From: Dethiobacteria bacterium
Lineage (GTDB): Bacteria > Bacillota > Dethiobacteria > DTU022 > UBA8154
DNA: 64,000 nucleotides
Assembly: GCA_050942615.1 (NCBI GenBank)
Contig: JBMNNQ010000001.1
Coordinates: 12,385-76,384 of the forward strand
Direction of reading: 5' to 3'
Numbering within the stretch: position 1 is the first letter of the stretch; each line of letters opens with the position of its first letter. The notes under the pieces are model-generated. The model made no database searches, was not told where the DNA came from, and saw only the letters and a list, made by a program, of their open reading frames with translations. The position numbers were made by a program, and so were the translations under genes. Positions 38,384-49,223 of this stretch are shown here, one piece after another.

Positions 38384-41300
38384 TTAAAGGCTGCCGTCCA
38401 CGGCAACAACCTTGGGGCCCCGGAAAAAATAAAGATACTTCCCCTTGATTTTTTCTTTCCAGATTGTCTCCAGGGCCTGTGTATAATATTTCATCTGCAG
38501 CCGGTAACGTTTTTGGAGTTCTTCTGCTGTCAGGCCGGCAATATAATCAGTTTTGTAATCGATCAGCAGCAGCCCGTCCTTTTCCCAGGCTAGGCAGTCA
38601 ATTACGCCCTGGATGAGCACCGGCTCCTGTAAGGGCAGTAAGCTCCCAGGATCCACACCGGTTTCATTGCCGGGCGGGCCGGGATATACTTCGGACGCCG
38701 GCAGCGCCAGGCTGAAGGGTATCTCCCGCCGGATACGGGTTGCCTGCAATACCCTTTTCCCCAGCGCGGTGTAAAAAAATGCTGCGATGGCCGCCGGATC
38801 GACGGTTTCCTTTTCTTCCCCGGTCAGGTAGCCTTGTGCGACCATTTCTTTTAACTGCCGGGAGACATTTGCTTCGTCCGGAAAGGGTTTGAATTTCAGG
38901 TGCTGCATCACCGTGTGATAAGCTGTACCCCGTTCCGTGGCGGTCAGCCTGCTTTCTCCTAAAAAACGCGGGTTCGGCCCCCCGGCAAAAGCGGGTTCCA
39001 GCCAAGGCGCGGTCTGGGCATTTTCCCCCTCCAGGCCGGCAGCAAAAAGTTTTTGCAGTTCAGAAACAGAAACCTTGACAAAAGAGGACTCTGCTGTGCG
39101 GTGGGGGTAGCGCCACGCAAGACGCCGGTCAACTTCCCCGGCCCAGCGGCTGCTGCCTGCAGCAACTGTTTCCAGGCGGGCAACTTTTGCAGCAAGGTCT
39201 GTCTGTTGTGCACTGTCCAAAACCCTTTCCGCCGGTTCTGTTGCCGCTGTTACTTCCCGGGCGGCAATGACCTTCACGTTCCAGGCAGCAGGTTCTTCTT
39301 CTGTCAGGCAGGGAACACTGCCCGGCTCTTTTAGCATGGCCCGCAGCGGGGATGCCCCGGGGTGCCGCAGTAAGGCCGGCCCCAACCAGTCCAGGCATCT
39401 CTTGGCCCGGCGGCGTTCATAGGCCGGCAGGAGCAGCTCCCCGGCAGAAGCACATTCTGCCCAGCGTTGCACCTCCCCGGCCAGGTTATTGACAGTCGCC
39501 ACCAGGAAAAGTTTTTCCTGGGCCCGCGTTAAAGCTACATATAGAATGCGCAGTTCTTCAGCCAGCAGTTCCAGGTCCAGCCGGTTGTTTATCGCCAGCC
39601 AGGGCAGGGTGGGATAGATCTGGCGCGACGCAGTATCGATATACTTGGGGCCAAAACCCAGCTTTTTATGTAAAAGAAAGTTCTGCCTGAGGTCCTGCCG
39701 GTTAAACTGTTTGGCCAGCCCGGCCACAAAGACGATCGGAAATTCAAGCCCCTTGCTTTTATGCACAGTGATAATGCGCACAACATCCTCCTGTTCACCC
39801 AACGCCCGGGCCACCCCTAAATCACCGCCCTGTTCCTGCAGCCGTTCAATGAACCGCAGGAAGCGGAACAGACCCCTGAAAGAAGTGGCTTCATACTGGC
39901 GGGCGCGATCATACAGGGCCCGCAGGTTGGCCTGGCGCTGGTTTCCCCCGGGCATACCGCCGGCCAAGTCATAATAGCCGGTATCCCTGTAGATCTGCCA
40001 GATTAACCCGGCCAGGGAACCTTCCCGGGCCTCTTCTCGCCAGCGCAGCAGGTTTTCCCTGAAAAGGGCCAGGTGCGCAAACAGCGCCGGTGCATGGTCA
40101 TCTGCCTTCCGGGAACAAAAAAACTGCAGGGCTTCGTAGTAATTTACCCCGGGGGCGGCAGCACGGATTTGGGCCAATTCTGTGGCGTCAAGCCCGACTA
40201 AAGGCGAACGCAGCACGGCCGCCAGGGGAATCTCCTGGTAGGGGTTGTCGATGACCTTTAAAAGGGAAAGCATTACTTCAACCTCGGTCGCCGCAAAGTA
40301 ACCTGTGCCCAGTTCGGCATAGGCGGGAATCCCGGCCCGGCGCAGCTCTTCCAGGATGGGGATGGCCCAGTGGCGTGCAGTGCGCAATAAGATTACAATA
40401 TCCCGGCAGGCAGCCGGACGCATTTTTCCTGTTTCCCGTTCATAAATGGCGAAAGGTTTTTTACCGCTCGCCCCCAAAAGTTCTTTGATTTTGCCTGCCA
40501 GCAGGCGCCCTTCCAGCTCCGCCCGGTCCAGTTCTTCCTCCTCCCCCGTTTCTTCATCAAATTCCTTTTCACCCGGCGAAAAATTTCCGGCTTCCCCGGC
40601 TGTATCTGCTACCGGAATTTCATTTTCCCCGCCTGTTGCCGTGCCGTTTCCATTTACACCGTTATCCTCAGCGGTGCGGGTAATAAAAATAGCTTCCAGC
40701 GCCCGGGGGTTGGAAACAGTTTTTCCCTCTTCGGCAGTAGGGGGTTCAGCCGGGCAGGCAGCGGGATAGGCAGCACCGTAATGCAGCCAGGCCTCCCGGT
40801 CATAGGCCATCTCCCCGACAGCCTCGTCCATAATTTGACTGAAAAGAAAATTTACCCCCGCCAGGATCTCCCGCCGGCTGCGAAAATTATGCATCAGGGC
40901 CAGGCAGGTTCCCGGCAGGGTCCCTTTGTTATAGGCGTGGTATTTCTCTAAAAACAGCTCCGGTGCAGCCAGGCGAAAGCGGTAAATACTCTGCTTGACA
41001 TCCCCGACCATAAAAGTATTTCCCCCCGGTTCCGGCCGGGAAGCCAAGGTTAAAATAGCCTCCTGGACCGGGTTAATATCCTGGTACTCATCGATCAGCA
41101 CCTCGGCAAACTGTGCCCGGTATTGCAGAGCTGCTGCCGAGGGTAAAAGGCTGCCGGCGGTGCTTTCCGGGCAGCTTAGAATTTCCAGGGCATAATGTTC
41201 CAGATCGTTAAAATCAAGGGCGCCTTTTTCCGCCTTGGCCCGGCGATAGCGCCGGGCAAAGTCCTCCACAATTTCCACCAAAAAATGGTACAGGGGTGCC

Positions 41301-42343
41301 AGCGAACCAAGTTCTGCCGCCTGTTCCGCCAGCGGGCGCTGAAAAAGTGTTTCTTTCAGTTTCTGCAGCTCTTCCTTGCATGCGTTGCGCTTTTGTTGCA
41401 CACTTTCGATTAAAAACTGGCTGTAGTTTTCGCCGCGGCAGGGTTTCAACCGCGCAAAAACCGGCCGCTGCAGCGCTGCGTAAAGCTCTGTCCAGGAGCG
41501 CTGTGCCGCATTTTCGATCTGCTGCAAGGCAGACAGTTCTGTCTGCAGGTTGGCGAGATAGGGCGCCGGGCCCTCCGGCCTGCCGGCCAGCGCCAAGGCC
41601 TCCTGCAGACGGCCTGCCAGGCCTGCTGTTGCCTGCCGGCAGTGCAGCAGCATTTCTCCGGCCCAGGGGGTCTGCTCCAATTCTGCAGCCCCCTCCACTG
41701 CAAAAGCGGCGGCCTGTTCCTGCAGCCACAGATCTGGCTGCCGGTGGCTGCGGGAAAAGCTGTAGAGGCGCAACAGCAACGCAGACAGGGCCTCATCCCC
41801 GCGGTGGCTGCTGTACATGTCCACCAGGCGGTAAAAAAGGCTATCGGCTTCTTCCCGATCATAATAGGTTTCCAGTACTTCCTCTATAACTTCCTGCTGC
41901 AGGAGTGCAGCTTCTGTTTCTTCCAGAATGCGGCAGGAGGGATCAAGATCCCGCAGGTAATAGTAGCGCTTAATCACCTGCAAACAGAAAGAATGGACGG
42001 TGCTGATCGCCGCTTTGTTCAGAAGTAAAAGCTGGCGGCGTAAAAAAACCTGGCGCGGGTTTTTCTGCAGGGCCTTTTCCAAGGCGGCAGCAAGGCGCTG
42101 TTTCATTTCCGCAGCGGCGGCTTTAGTGAAGGTGACCACCAATAACCGGTCGATCTCCACCGGATTTTCCCGGTCCATAATGTGCTGCAGAATCCGTTCC
42201 ACGAGCACGCTGGTTTTACCTGAGCCGGCCCCGGCGGTGACCAGCACATTTCCCCCCCGGCAGGTAATGGCCTGCCATTGTTTGTCCGTCCAGTTGCTGC
42301 CCGCCGGTTTTGGCTGCCGGTTTTTATTTTTCCCGTTCTGCAC
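38384..42343 (-). CDS. addA: ATP-dependent helicase/nuclease subunit A (AddA)
   Basis: 1319 aa with UvrD-like motifs (TAGAGSGKTS, DEYQDINPVQ) and a C-terminal RecB-type nuclease (GVIDCLAWE...IDYKTD). It carries an acidic low-complexity insertion of about 55 aa at residues ~557-610. Confidence 0.93.
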   Translation of the reverse strand: MQNGKNKNRQPKPAGSNWTDKQWQAITCRGGNVLVTAGAGSGKTSVLVERILQHIMDRENPVEIDRLLVVTFTKAAAAEMKQRLAAALEKALQKNPRQVFLRRQLLLLNKAAISTVHSFCLQVIKRYYYLRDLDPSCRILEETEAALLQQEVIEEVLETYYDREEADSLFYRLVDMYSSHRGDEALSALLLRLYSFSRSHRQPDLWLQEQAAAFAVEGAAELEQTPWAGEMLLHCRQATAGLAGRLQEALALAGRPEGPAPYLANLQTELSALQQIENAAQRSWTELYAALQRPVFARLKPCRGENYSQFLIESVQQKRNACKEELQKLKETLFQRPLAEQAAELGSLAPLYHFLVEIVEDFARRYRRAKAEKGALDFNDLEHYALEILSCPESTAGSLLPSAAALQYRAQFAEVLIDEYQDINPVQEAILTLASRPEPGGNTFMVGDVKQSIYRFRLAAPELFLEKYHAYNKGTLPGTCLALMHNFRSRREILAGVNFLFSQIMDEAVGEMAYDREAWLHYGAAYPAACPAEPPTAEEGKTVSNPRALEAIFITRTAEDNGVNGNGTATGGENEIPVADTAGEAGNFSPGEKEFDEETGEEEELDRAELEGRLLAGKIKELLGASGKKPFAIYERETGKMRPAACRDIVILLRTARHWAIPILEELRRAGIPAYAELGTGYFAATEVEVMLSLLKVIDNPYQEIPLAAVLRSPLVGLDATELAQIRAAAPGVNYYEALQFFCSRKADDHAPALFAHLALFRENLLRWREEAREGSLAGLIWQIYRDTGYYDLAGGMPGGNQRQANLRALYDRARQYEATSFRGLFRFLRFIERLQEQGGDLGVARALGEQEDVVRIITVHKSKGLEFPIVFVAGLAKQFNRQDLRQNFLLHKKLGFGPKYIDTASRQIYPTLPWLAINNRLDLELLAEELRILYVALTRAQEKLFLVATVNNLAGEVQRWAECASAGELLLPAYERRRAKRCLDWLGPALLRHPGASPLRAMLKEPGSVPCLTEEEPAAWNVKVIAAREVTAATEPAERVLDSAQQTDLAAKVARLETVAAGSSRWAGEVDRRLAWRYPHRTAESSFVKVSVSELQKLFAAGLEGENAQTAPWLEPAFAGGPNPRFLGESRLTATERGTAYHTVMQHLKFKPFPDEANVSRQLKEMVAQGYLTGEEKETVDPAAIAAFFYTALGKRVLQATRIRREIPFSLALPASEVYPGPPGNETGVDPGSLLPLQEPVLIQGVIDCLAWEKDGLLLIDYKTDYIAGLTAEELQKRYRLQMKYYTQALETIWKEKIKGKYLYFFRGPKVVAVDGSL

Positions 42344-45300
42344 CCTGTTCCCCTCCTCCCTGTTCTTTTTCTTGGTCGTCTTTTTTTACGGAAGCCCCGG
42401 CTAGTTCAGACCAGATTTTGGCCGCCGGTTCGTTTGTAAAGATACGAAAATCATTTTCCTGCAGCGCCAAATCAAACTGGCAGATGGCCCGGTGGGGACA
42501 ATAGGTGCAGGCTGTATTTTTTCCCAGGCGGTAAGGGGCAATGGCCACTTCGCCCCCGGTGATGGCCTCTGCCGTTGTTTTCAGCAGCCGGCGCAGGTAG
42601 TCCCGCAGCAGGGCATAGTGTTCTGCCTGAAAAATTGCTGAATTGCGGTAAAAACCGCCCTTTTTATTTAGTCCCACCGGGATAAATGCTGAATGCCCTG
42701 TCTGCAGAGAGCTGTCCATCAAACGGGCCACCTCTGTATCTTGCAGGATGAGGCCCTTCATCTTATATGCTTTACGGATTTCTTTTTCAACTGCCGGCGG
42801 TGACAAGGGATGCGGCGTGCTGATCAGGGGGGCGTGCACCCGAAAATAAAGGATGCCGCCCGGCAGGGCCTCTACCTGCAGCCATTCCGGGGTAGAATGC
42901 AATACCACATCCAAATAGGTAAACAGCTGCAGGGCCAGCCCGTGATAGACCTCTGCTAAATGAAGCCCGGTTGGCCCTGTTTTATAGTCAAGGATGCGTA
43001 TGTAGGCCCGGCCCCCCCGATCAAAAGCCAAGTCCACACGGTCGATGCGTCCGCTCAGCTCCATCCGGCGGCCCGCAGACAGCTTCAGGTTTATTCCGGG
43101 CAGGGTTCCCCCGCTGCCAAAGGAAAGCTCTGCCCCCACGGGTTTAAAACTGCTGCACCGATCCTGTTCTCCCAAGATCAGGGCGGCCTCACCCACCGTC
43201 TCTTTAAGTTTCCCGGCCAGGTAACGGTAGCGTTCGGAACTAAAAAGGATCCTTTGCTGCAGTTTGGGCATCAGTTGTTCAACCTCTGTTTCCACCAACT
43301 GCAGGCACTCCTCCTTGCTGAGTTCTCCCCAGGTGAGGTTTTGTTTCTGTAAAGAAAGGGTGAAATTGCGCAGGACTGCGTGAAAGAATCGCCCGACATC
43401 CGGTGCCTCCAGGCGGTAAACCTGCCGTTCCCGCAGGCGCAGGCCATAGGTTACAAAATGAGCAAAAGGGCAGGCCCGGAACAGCTCCAGGCGGGATATA
43501 CTGGCCTGCAGCGCTGCCCCGTAAAGCTGCAGGCCGGCAGTAGCGTGCAGCGGTTTTTCCCTGTTCTGATAAAATATTCCGCCCAGCAGCCTGCTTGCCC
43601 CGGCATGCCAGGATTTTTCAGCAGCATACCAGTTGTAAACAGCCCACCAGAAAGGGTGCAGGGCCGCCCCCTTTTGCCACCGGCTAAGCTGTACCGCCAA
43701 GTGCGAAAGTGCCCGGCGGGGATGGGCCAAAAAGGGCAGTAAAGCAGTGGCGGGGTATTCCAAGCCGCCTGTGGTCTCTTCAACCCCCCCGGGGCAGGGT
43801 TCCAGGGCCAGGGATTCCTCCGGCAAAGACGGGAACAGCTCCTGGAAATGTGCAATTAGCAAAGAGGGCAGCAGCGCCCGGCCCTCCTCATCGGCCAGGG
43901 GATAGCTGACCCAGAGGCCGTCCGTAGCCTGGGTCAGTGCCCTGTAGATAAAGAACTGCCCGTCCAAAAGGCGGCGTCGCCCCCCGGCGGCCAGTTCCAG
44001 CCCCCAACGGCCGGCGATCTCCCGTTCTTCATCAGAAAAAATGCCGTCCTCCGGAGGAGGGGCGGGCAGCAAGCCCTCATTGGCCCCTAAAAGGAAAACA
44101 AATTTTACCGGACCGGGCCTGCTGCGCTCCAAATCCCCCACAAAGACCTGGTCCAGGGAAGGCGGCACCAGGGTCAGTCGCAGGTTTTCCAGCCCCGTTT
44201 CCACGAGGCGTGCGTAAAGGGATACAGTTATCCTTTCTTCACCCATAATTTCCACCAGCTGATCAAAAAGGTCGATTACCCCTTTGTAAACCTGCAGGTG
44301 GGCACGGGCCTTCTCCGGGTTTCCCCTTTCCAGGGCCTGCTTGCTCCAAAACTCCAGGCGCTCCCAGGCACCGGTTTCCATTAAAAGTTCATAGAGGGCG
44401 GTTGTCTTCCCTTTAACCGTGGGCGAGGTTTTAAACTTTTCTTCCAGGCGCAGCAGCGGCCTGCTAAGTTTTTCCCGCGTGGTCTGCAGCAGTTGCAGAT
44501 ATGCTGCCTCTGCCTTCCCGGGCGCCTCCCCCGCCCGTTCTTCCACAGCATCTATGGTATCGCGTCCCCAAAATCCCCAGGGCGCCTCTGCGCGCCAGAG
44601 CCCCCCCTGTATGCCGAAGGCCAGCACATAATTTTCCAACTGGTCTGTTCTTTCCCGCCACTTTTGCTGCACCGCCTCATCCCCGGCTGAAGGGAAAAGA
44701 AATTCCGTTTTAAAACAGCGGAAAACAGCGCTGTAACGCCAGTTGCGGTTGATAATCTCCAGGGCGGAACGCATAAATTCAACAAGCGGGTGGTGTAAAA
44801 CAGTGCGCTTTTGATCAAGAAAAAAAGGAATATCGTAGTCGCCAAAAGTGGTGGCGATCATGTCCCGGTAGTTGTCCAGGCCGCTGCTGATGACAGCCAT
44901 GTCCCGCCAGCGGTAACCCCCGTCCCGGCAGCGCCGGATCATCTCCCGGGCCAGGGACTCCACTTCACAGCGGCGGTTGGGGGCGGCTGCTAAATATAGG
45001 GAATCCGGTTGTTCCCGGTAAGCCTTTTCCGGATAACGAAACAGGTTTCGTTCCAAATGGGCCAGCGCGGGGTGATCGTTAAAACGGGAGTAGTGGCGAT
45101 CTTTAAGGAAAATTTTCTTTACGGGGATGCGGGAATCCAGGGCCTGCTGCAGCAACTTCCGGCAGGTCAGGGCTGCAGGGTAAAAAGGATCGAGCTCGTC
45201 CAACTCCTCGCCGGGCAAAACCTCACGATCAAGACAAAGCGAAACCGTCACCGCCCGGGAAATGCTTAACAATGCTGCCAACACGCTATGTTCCTGGTTG

Positions 45301-45941
45301 CTAAAGTGTGCAAAACCATCTACCCAGAGCGCAGCCCCTTTTAAAAGAGAGGAACGTGCAGCCTGTGCAGCCAGTAAATCCAGATAGTCTTCAGCATCCC
45401 AGTACTGAGCGCCCATTTCTTTAGCGGCTGTTTCCAGGATGAAAAGCAGGTCGCCAACTTTTTCCTTAAATAAAACCGGCAGTTTTCCCCCGGCCCGGAT
45501 GCGCTGTTCATAGGTTTGCCTGAACTGTGCAACGGTAATGCCGGCACGCTTCAGCTCGTTGGCTACCTCCACAAGGTTTTCTAGCACCCCGCCCTGTTCC
45601 CCGGCATGCTTGAAAACCCGCAGTGCAGAGCGGTGTTTTTCCAGCACCTTGCGCAAAACCATACTTTTGCCCAGGTCATCAATAAAAAGACGGTTGCCCC
45701 CGCCAACCTCCTGCAGCACTTTCCAGGCCAGGCGGCGAAAGCTGAGCACCTGCGCCCGCATGGCCCCGCCCAACCCGGAGGCGGCAAACAGGGCATATTC
45801 CGCCTGAAAAGTGGCCTGTTCAGGCACGATGTATAAAAGCGGGTAACCCGCCTGGCTTTTCCTTAATGCCGCAATAATTTCCTGCCGGCAAAGCCTGCTC
45901 TTGCCCATCCCGGCCCGGCCGTAAACAAGCCGCAGACCCAT
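42324..45941 (-). CDS. addB: ATP-dependent helicase/nuclease subunit B (AddB)
   Basis: 1205 aa with N-terminal Walker A GRAGMGKS and a C-terminal Fe-S nuclease (...ACTYCPHRAICQFD). It overlaps addA by 20 nt. Confidence 0.92.
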   Translation of the reverse strand: MGLRLVYGRAGMGKSRLCRQEIIAALRKSQAGYPLLYIVPEQATFQAEYALFAASGLGGAMRAQVLSFRRLAWKVLQEVGGGNRLFIDDLGKSMVLRKVLEKHRSALRVFKHAGEQGGVLENLVEVANELKRAGITVAQFRQTYEQRIRAGGKLPVLFKEKVGDLLFILETAAKEMGAQYWDAEDYLDLLAAQAARSSLLKGAALWVDGFAHFSNQEHSVLAALLSISRAVTVSLCLDREVLPGEELDELDPFYPAALTCRKLLQQALDSRIPVKKIFLKDRHYSRFNDHPALAHLERNLFRYPEKAYREQPDSLYLAAAPNRRCEVESLAREMIRRCRDGGYRWRDMAVISSGLDNYRDMIATTFGDYDIPFFLDQKRTVLHHPLVEFMRSALEIINRNWRYSAVFRCFKTEFLFPSAGDEAVQQKWRERTDQLENYVLAFGIQGGLWRAEAPWGFWGRDTIDAVEERAGEAPGKAEAAYLQLLQTTREKLSRPLLRLEEKFKTSPTVKGKTTALYELLMETGAWERLEFWSKQALERGNPEKARAHLQVYKGVIDLFDQLVEIMGEERITVSLYARLVETGLENLRLTLVPPSLDQVFVGDLERSRPGPVKFVFLLGANEGLLPAPPPEDGIFSDEEREIAGRWGLELAAGGRRRLLDGQFFIYRALTQATDGLWVSYPLADEEGRALLPSLLIAHFQELFPSLPEESLALEPCPGGVEETTGGLEYPATALLPFLAHPRRALSHLAVQLSRWQKGAALHPFWWAVYNWYAAEKSWHAGASRLLGGIFYQNREKPLHATAGLQLYGAALQASISRLELFRACPFAHFVTYGLRLRERQVYRLEAPDVGRFFHAVLRNFTLSLQKQNLTWGELSKEECLQLVETEVEQLMPKLQQRILFSSERYRYLAGKLKETVGEAALILGEQDRCSSFKPVGAELSFGSGGTLPGINLKLSAGRRMELSGRIDRVDLAFDRGGRAYIRILDYKTGPTGLHLAEVYHGLALQLFTYLDVVLHSTPEWLQVEALPGGILYFRVHAPLISTPHPLSPPAVEKEIRKAYKMKGLILQDTEVARLMDSSLQTGHSAFIPVGLNKKGGFYRNSAIFQAEHYALLRDYLRRLLKTTAEAITGGEVAIAPYRLGKNTACTYCPHRAICQFDLALQENDFRIFTNEPAAKIWSELAGASVKKDDQEKEQGGGEQGAEREK

Positions 45942-46119
45942 AGGTATGTCCTCCTTTGACCGATTTTAAAGGGTGCTGAAAATTACCCGGCACCCCTGTT
46001 TGTGCTCAAACAGTGTTAACCATGATGAATGATGAAAATGCAGGCTGCAAGACAGTGCCCCTTTGGGTATGACATTTTCGTGTGAACAACACCTGCGGTT
46101 AATTTAAAATGCAGTTATT

Positions 46120-47589
46120 TTACGAAGTCACAAAATGAAAATAAAAGGTTGTGCCCCGGCCGGGTTCGCTGCGCACTTCTATGGTGACGCCGTGTCTTGC
46201 AGCAATCTGTTTGGCAATTGCCAGGCCCAACCCGGTACCGGTTTTATTTTCTTCCGATCGCTGCCGATGAAAACGCTCGAAAATATGGGGCAGTTCAGCA
46301 GGCGGTATGCCGGGGCCGTTATCATGGACAGAAAGTGTAAAGCCTTTTGCCGCTTGTTTTATTTGCAGGCCCACTGTTGCACCGGCCGGTGAAAACTTGA
46401 TGGCGTTGTCTAATACAATCATCAGCATCTGCCGCAGCCGGCCGTAGTCACCCTGCAGGGTAAAACCCCCGCCGTTTGTATCCAGTTCCTGTTTTAGTGC
46501 CACATTTTTTGCCTGGGCCCCGCGCCTCATGCCCCGCAAAGCATCGGCAGCTATTTCCGGCAGGTTAACCGCCTGCATATCCATTACAAAATCAGGGTTT
46601 TGCAGCCGCGCCAAATTAAGCAGATCGGTAATCAGCCGTTCCAGGTAGATGCTCTCTGTCAGCATCTGCCGGTGATAATCGGCCACCGTATCCGGTTCCG
46701 AAACCACACCATCGTGCAGGGCCTCCAGCGAACCGCGGATAACAGTAACCGGCGTACGCAGTTCATGGGAAATATTAGCCACAAAATCCCGCCGCAGCTT
46801 TTCAAGCTTGGCGCTTTCCCGGGAAGCAAGGTCTAACTTTGCCGCCATCCTGTCCAGGGCGCCGGCCAGCTCGCCGATTTCGTCGTCCTGGGCCACACCG
46901 GTTGCAGCCCGGTAGTCACCGCCGCTAATTTTCAGGGCAGCAGTTTTCATTTTGCGCAGCGGTCTTGTAAAGTGCCGCGCCAAAATACCGGCGATGAAAA
47001 AGGAAACGACAATTGCCGTCCCCATGCTGAACAGCAAAATGAGCAGGCCGCTTCTGGTTGTCTGCCAAATACTTTCGATCTGTTCGTGCAACACCACAGC
47101 ACCGGCGATTTCACCGCCGGGCAGGATAATGGGCGTCGCTACCGTAAGGGAAGGTTGGCCTAAAAACGCCCCGAAATTTTCACTAAATGTAGGGCGGCCG
47201 TCCAGCGCCGCCAAAATGACATTTTCAGCCCCGGGCGGCAAGTCCTGGTAGGCGAGGCTTGCCTGCCCGTGACCGCGCTCAATCTGTTTTAAACTGAGAT
47301 CGACAATCCACACATCGGCCTCGGTGAGATCGTTTAAAAACCGGAGATGACTGCCATAACCCCGGCCCCGGCCCATTTTACCGTGATTCGGCCCGTGTTC
47401 CGGGCTGTCCGTTTCCAGCCCGGCCAGAGAATGGGCAATGCGCCGGGCTTGATTTCCCAGTTCAGTTTTATGAAGATCCATGCTGTGGCGTGAAAAAAGG
47501 GAAAAAAATACGAGGCCGATCAGGAGTGAAAAGGTCAGCAGCGATCCTGAGAAATACAGCAGCAGGCGAAAATAAATTTTATTTTTCAC
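46120..47589 (-). CDS. Sensor histidine kinase (TM-sensor-HAMP-HisKA-HATPase)
   Basis: H-box ISHELRTPVT and N/G1/G2 boxes. Confidence 0.9.
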   Translation of the reverse strand: MKNKIYFRLLLYFSGSLLTFSLLIGLVFFSLFSRHSMDLHKTELGNQARRIAHSLAGLETDSPEHGPNHGKMGRGRGYGSHLRFLNDLTEADVWIVDLSLKQIERGHGQASLAYQDLPPGAENVILAALDGRPTFSENFGAFLGQPSLTVATPIILPGGEIAGAVVLHEQIESIWQTTRSGLLILLFSMGTAIVVSFFIAGILARHFTRPLRKMKTAALKISGGDYRAATGVAQDDEIGELAGALDRMAAKLDLASRESAKLEKLRRDFVANISHELRTPVTVIRGSLEALHDGVVSEPDTVADYHRQMLTESIYLERLITDLLNLARLQNPDFVMDMQAVNLPEIAADALRGMRRGAQAKNVALKQELDTNGGGFTLQGDYGRLRQMLMIVLDNAIKFSPAGATVGLQIKQAAKGFTLSVHDNGPGIPPAELPHIFERFHRQRSEENKTGTGLGLAIAKQIAARHGVTIEVRSEPGRGTTFYFHFVTS

Positions 47590-48281
47590 AGCGTCGCCTC
47601 AAATTTATAGCCCACGCCCCAGACGGTTTTAATTTCCCAGTTTTCGTGAGAAACCTGTTCCAATTTGGCCCGCAACCTTTTAATGTGGGAATCAACCGTG
47701 CGGGTATCTCCTGCATAGTCATAGCCCCAGAGGCTGTTTAACAGATTATCGCGGGTAAACACCTTATCTTTGTTGATCGCCAGCGTCCACAAGATTTCAG
47801 TTTCCTTTTTGGTGAGGGGAATGCGGGTACCGTCAATTTCTGTACGGTATTCATCCAGGTTGATCAGCAGGTTCCCAAAGGTAAAAATTTGTGCCTGCGT
47901 ATCATCTTCCTGTGCAACGCGGCGCAAAACGGCCCGCACACGCGCCATCACCTCAGCCGGCGAAAAAGGTTTGACGATATAATCATCGGCACCAATATCC
48001 AAACCCATGATGCGTTCAAAATCTTCTCCCCGGGCCGTAATCATAATCACAGGCACACTGCTCTGCCGGCGAATTTCCCGGCAGACTGTAAAACCATCCA
48101 GGCCGGGCATCATAACATCAAGCAGGATTATGGCAAAGTTTCCCGCGCGTGTTTTTTCCAGCGCACCGGTTCCGTCAAAGGCTGTCGTGACAGTAAAGCC
48201 TTCCTTGACAGCGTAGGCCTTTAAGACCGCAACGATCTGCCGGTTGTCGTCAGCGATTAGCATTTCCAGCACCGCCCTCAC
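47586..48281 (-). CDS. OmpR-family response regulator
   Basis: Receiver domain (ILLDVMMPGLDG) and winged-helix C-terminus (TRTVDSHIKRLRAKL). Confidence 0.9.
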   Translation of the reverse strand: MRAVLEMLIADDNRQIVAVLKAYAVKEGFTVTTAFDGTGALEKTRAGNFAIILLDVMMPGLDGFTVCREIRRQSSVPVIMITARGEDFERIMGLDIGADDYIVKPFSPAEVMARVRAVLRRVAQEDDTQAQIFTFGNLLINLDEYRTEIDGTRIPLTKKETEILWTLAINKDKVFTRDNLLNSLWGYDYAGDTRTVDSHIKRLRAKLEQVSHENWEIKTVWGVGYKFEATL

Positions 48282-48609
48282 CCCCTGTATAATAGCATGG
48301 GCAAAGCATTATGTAAAAAACCCCTACACTCCCGCCTTAACAGCAACGGCCCTCCTTGCTATTAAACCGGTGGTTCATTTTATCCCTTGCCGGTTTGCTT
48401 TCTGCCCATCAGACTGTATGCCTGAAGTTGGGCAGGAAAAAATGTTCTTATGGTTTTTGTTACAGATACTGTTTATGGAAATTATTTTTAATGGGCTGAT
48501 TATAACTATTTTAACACGAAAAAAAGTTTAAAAAACACACTTTTGTCAAAACTAAGGGCTATGATCAGCTTTGCAACAACAAAAAATAAGGTTGAAAGGA
48601 GGTTGGAGC

Positions 48610-49191
48610 ATGAAAACTATAAAAAAATTTGTAATTGCCGGTATTATGGTGTTGGTTTTACTGGCCGGCACGGTTGCAGCATTTGCCACCGCACAGTACG
48701 CCACTCCGGCAGAGGCAGTTGCCGGGTTAACGGGGCGGGAGGTGCAATCCGTTAGCGACGAACGTGCACAAACAGGGAAAACCTATGGCACCATCGCCCG
48801 GGAGGCGGGTGTCCTGGCTGCATTTAAAGCCGAAATGCTGGAGATGAAAAAGGATACACTGGCCGCGCGCGTCGCCGAAGGCCGGATGACCCGGGAACAA
48901 GCTGACGCTGTCCTTGCTAAAATAGTTTCCCACCAGGCTACCTGTGACGGCAGCGGTGCAGGCTGCGAACTGCACGGCGCCGGCCTGGAAGGCGGGGCAG
49001 GCTTTGGCCGGGGCTGCCAGGGCCGGGCTGAGAAGCAAGACGGCCGGAACCCTGCACAACACGGCCTGGGCCGGCAACAGGAAAGCCGGGGGCAGGGACA
49101 AGGCACACATAACTGCCGGCAACAGGGCTGTGGGCAAGATGGTCAGGGCCACGGCCACGGCCTGCGTGACGGTTCCTGCCTGAACAATTAA
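48610..49191 (+). CDS. Secreted DUF2680-like helical protein with a Gly/Gln/His-rich C-terminal tail
   Basis: Start at the ATG at 48610, preceded by GGAGG. Signal peptide MKTIKKFVIAGIMVLVLLAGTVAAFA. Divergent from the two-component operon. Confidence 0.6.
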   Translation: MKTIKKFVIAGIMVLVLLAGTVAAFATAQYATPAEAVAGLTGREVQSVSDERAQTGKTYGTIAREAGVLAAFKAEMLEMKKDTLAARVAEGRMTREQADAVLAKIVSHQATCDGSGAGCELHGAGLEGGAGFGRGCQGRAEKQDGRNPAQHGLGRQQESRGQGQGTHNCRQQGCGQDGQGHGHGLRDGSCLNN

Positions 49192-49223
49192 TAGAAACTA
49201 AGCCGAAAAGCCGAAATATCAAG

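Noticed and set aside
41214-41889. Several 130-200-aa ORFs on both strands inside addA and addB (e.g. 41214-41729, 41296-41889, 43451-43855)
   Set aside because: They are antisense or out of frame within well-supported AddA and AddB coding sequence. They are GC-rich Arg/Pro/Gly-rich translations typical of spurious ORFs.
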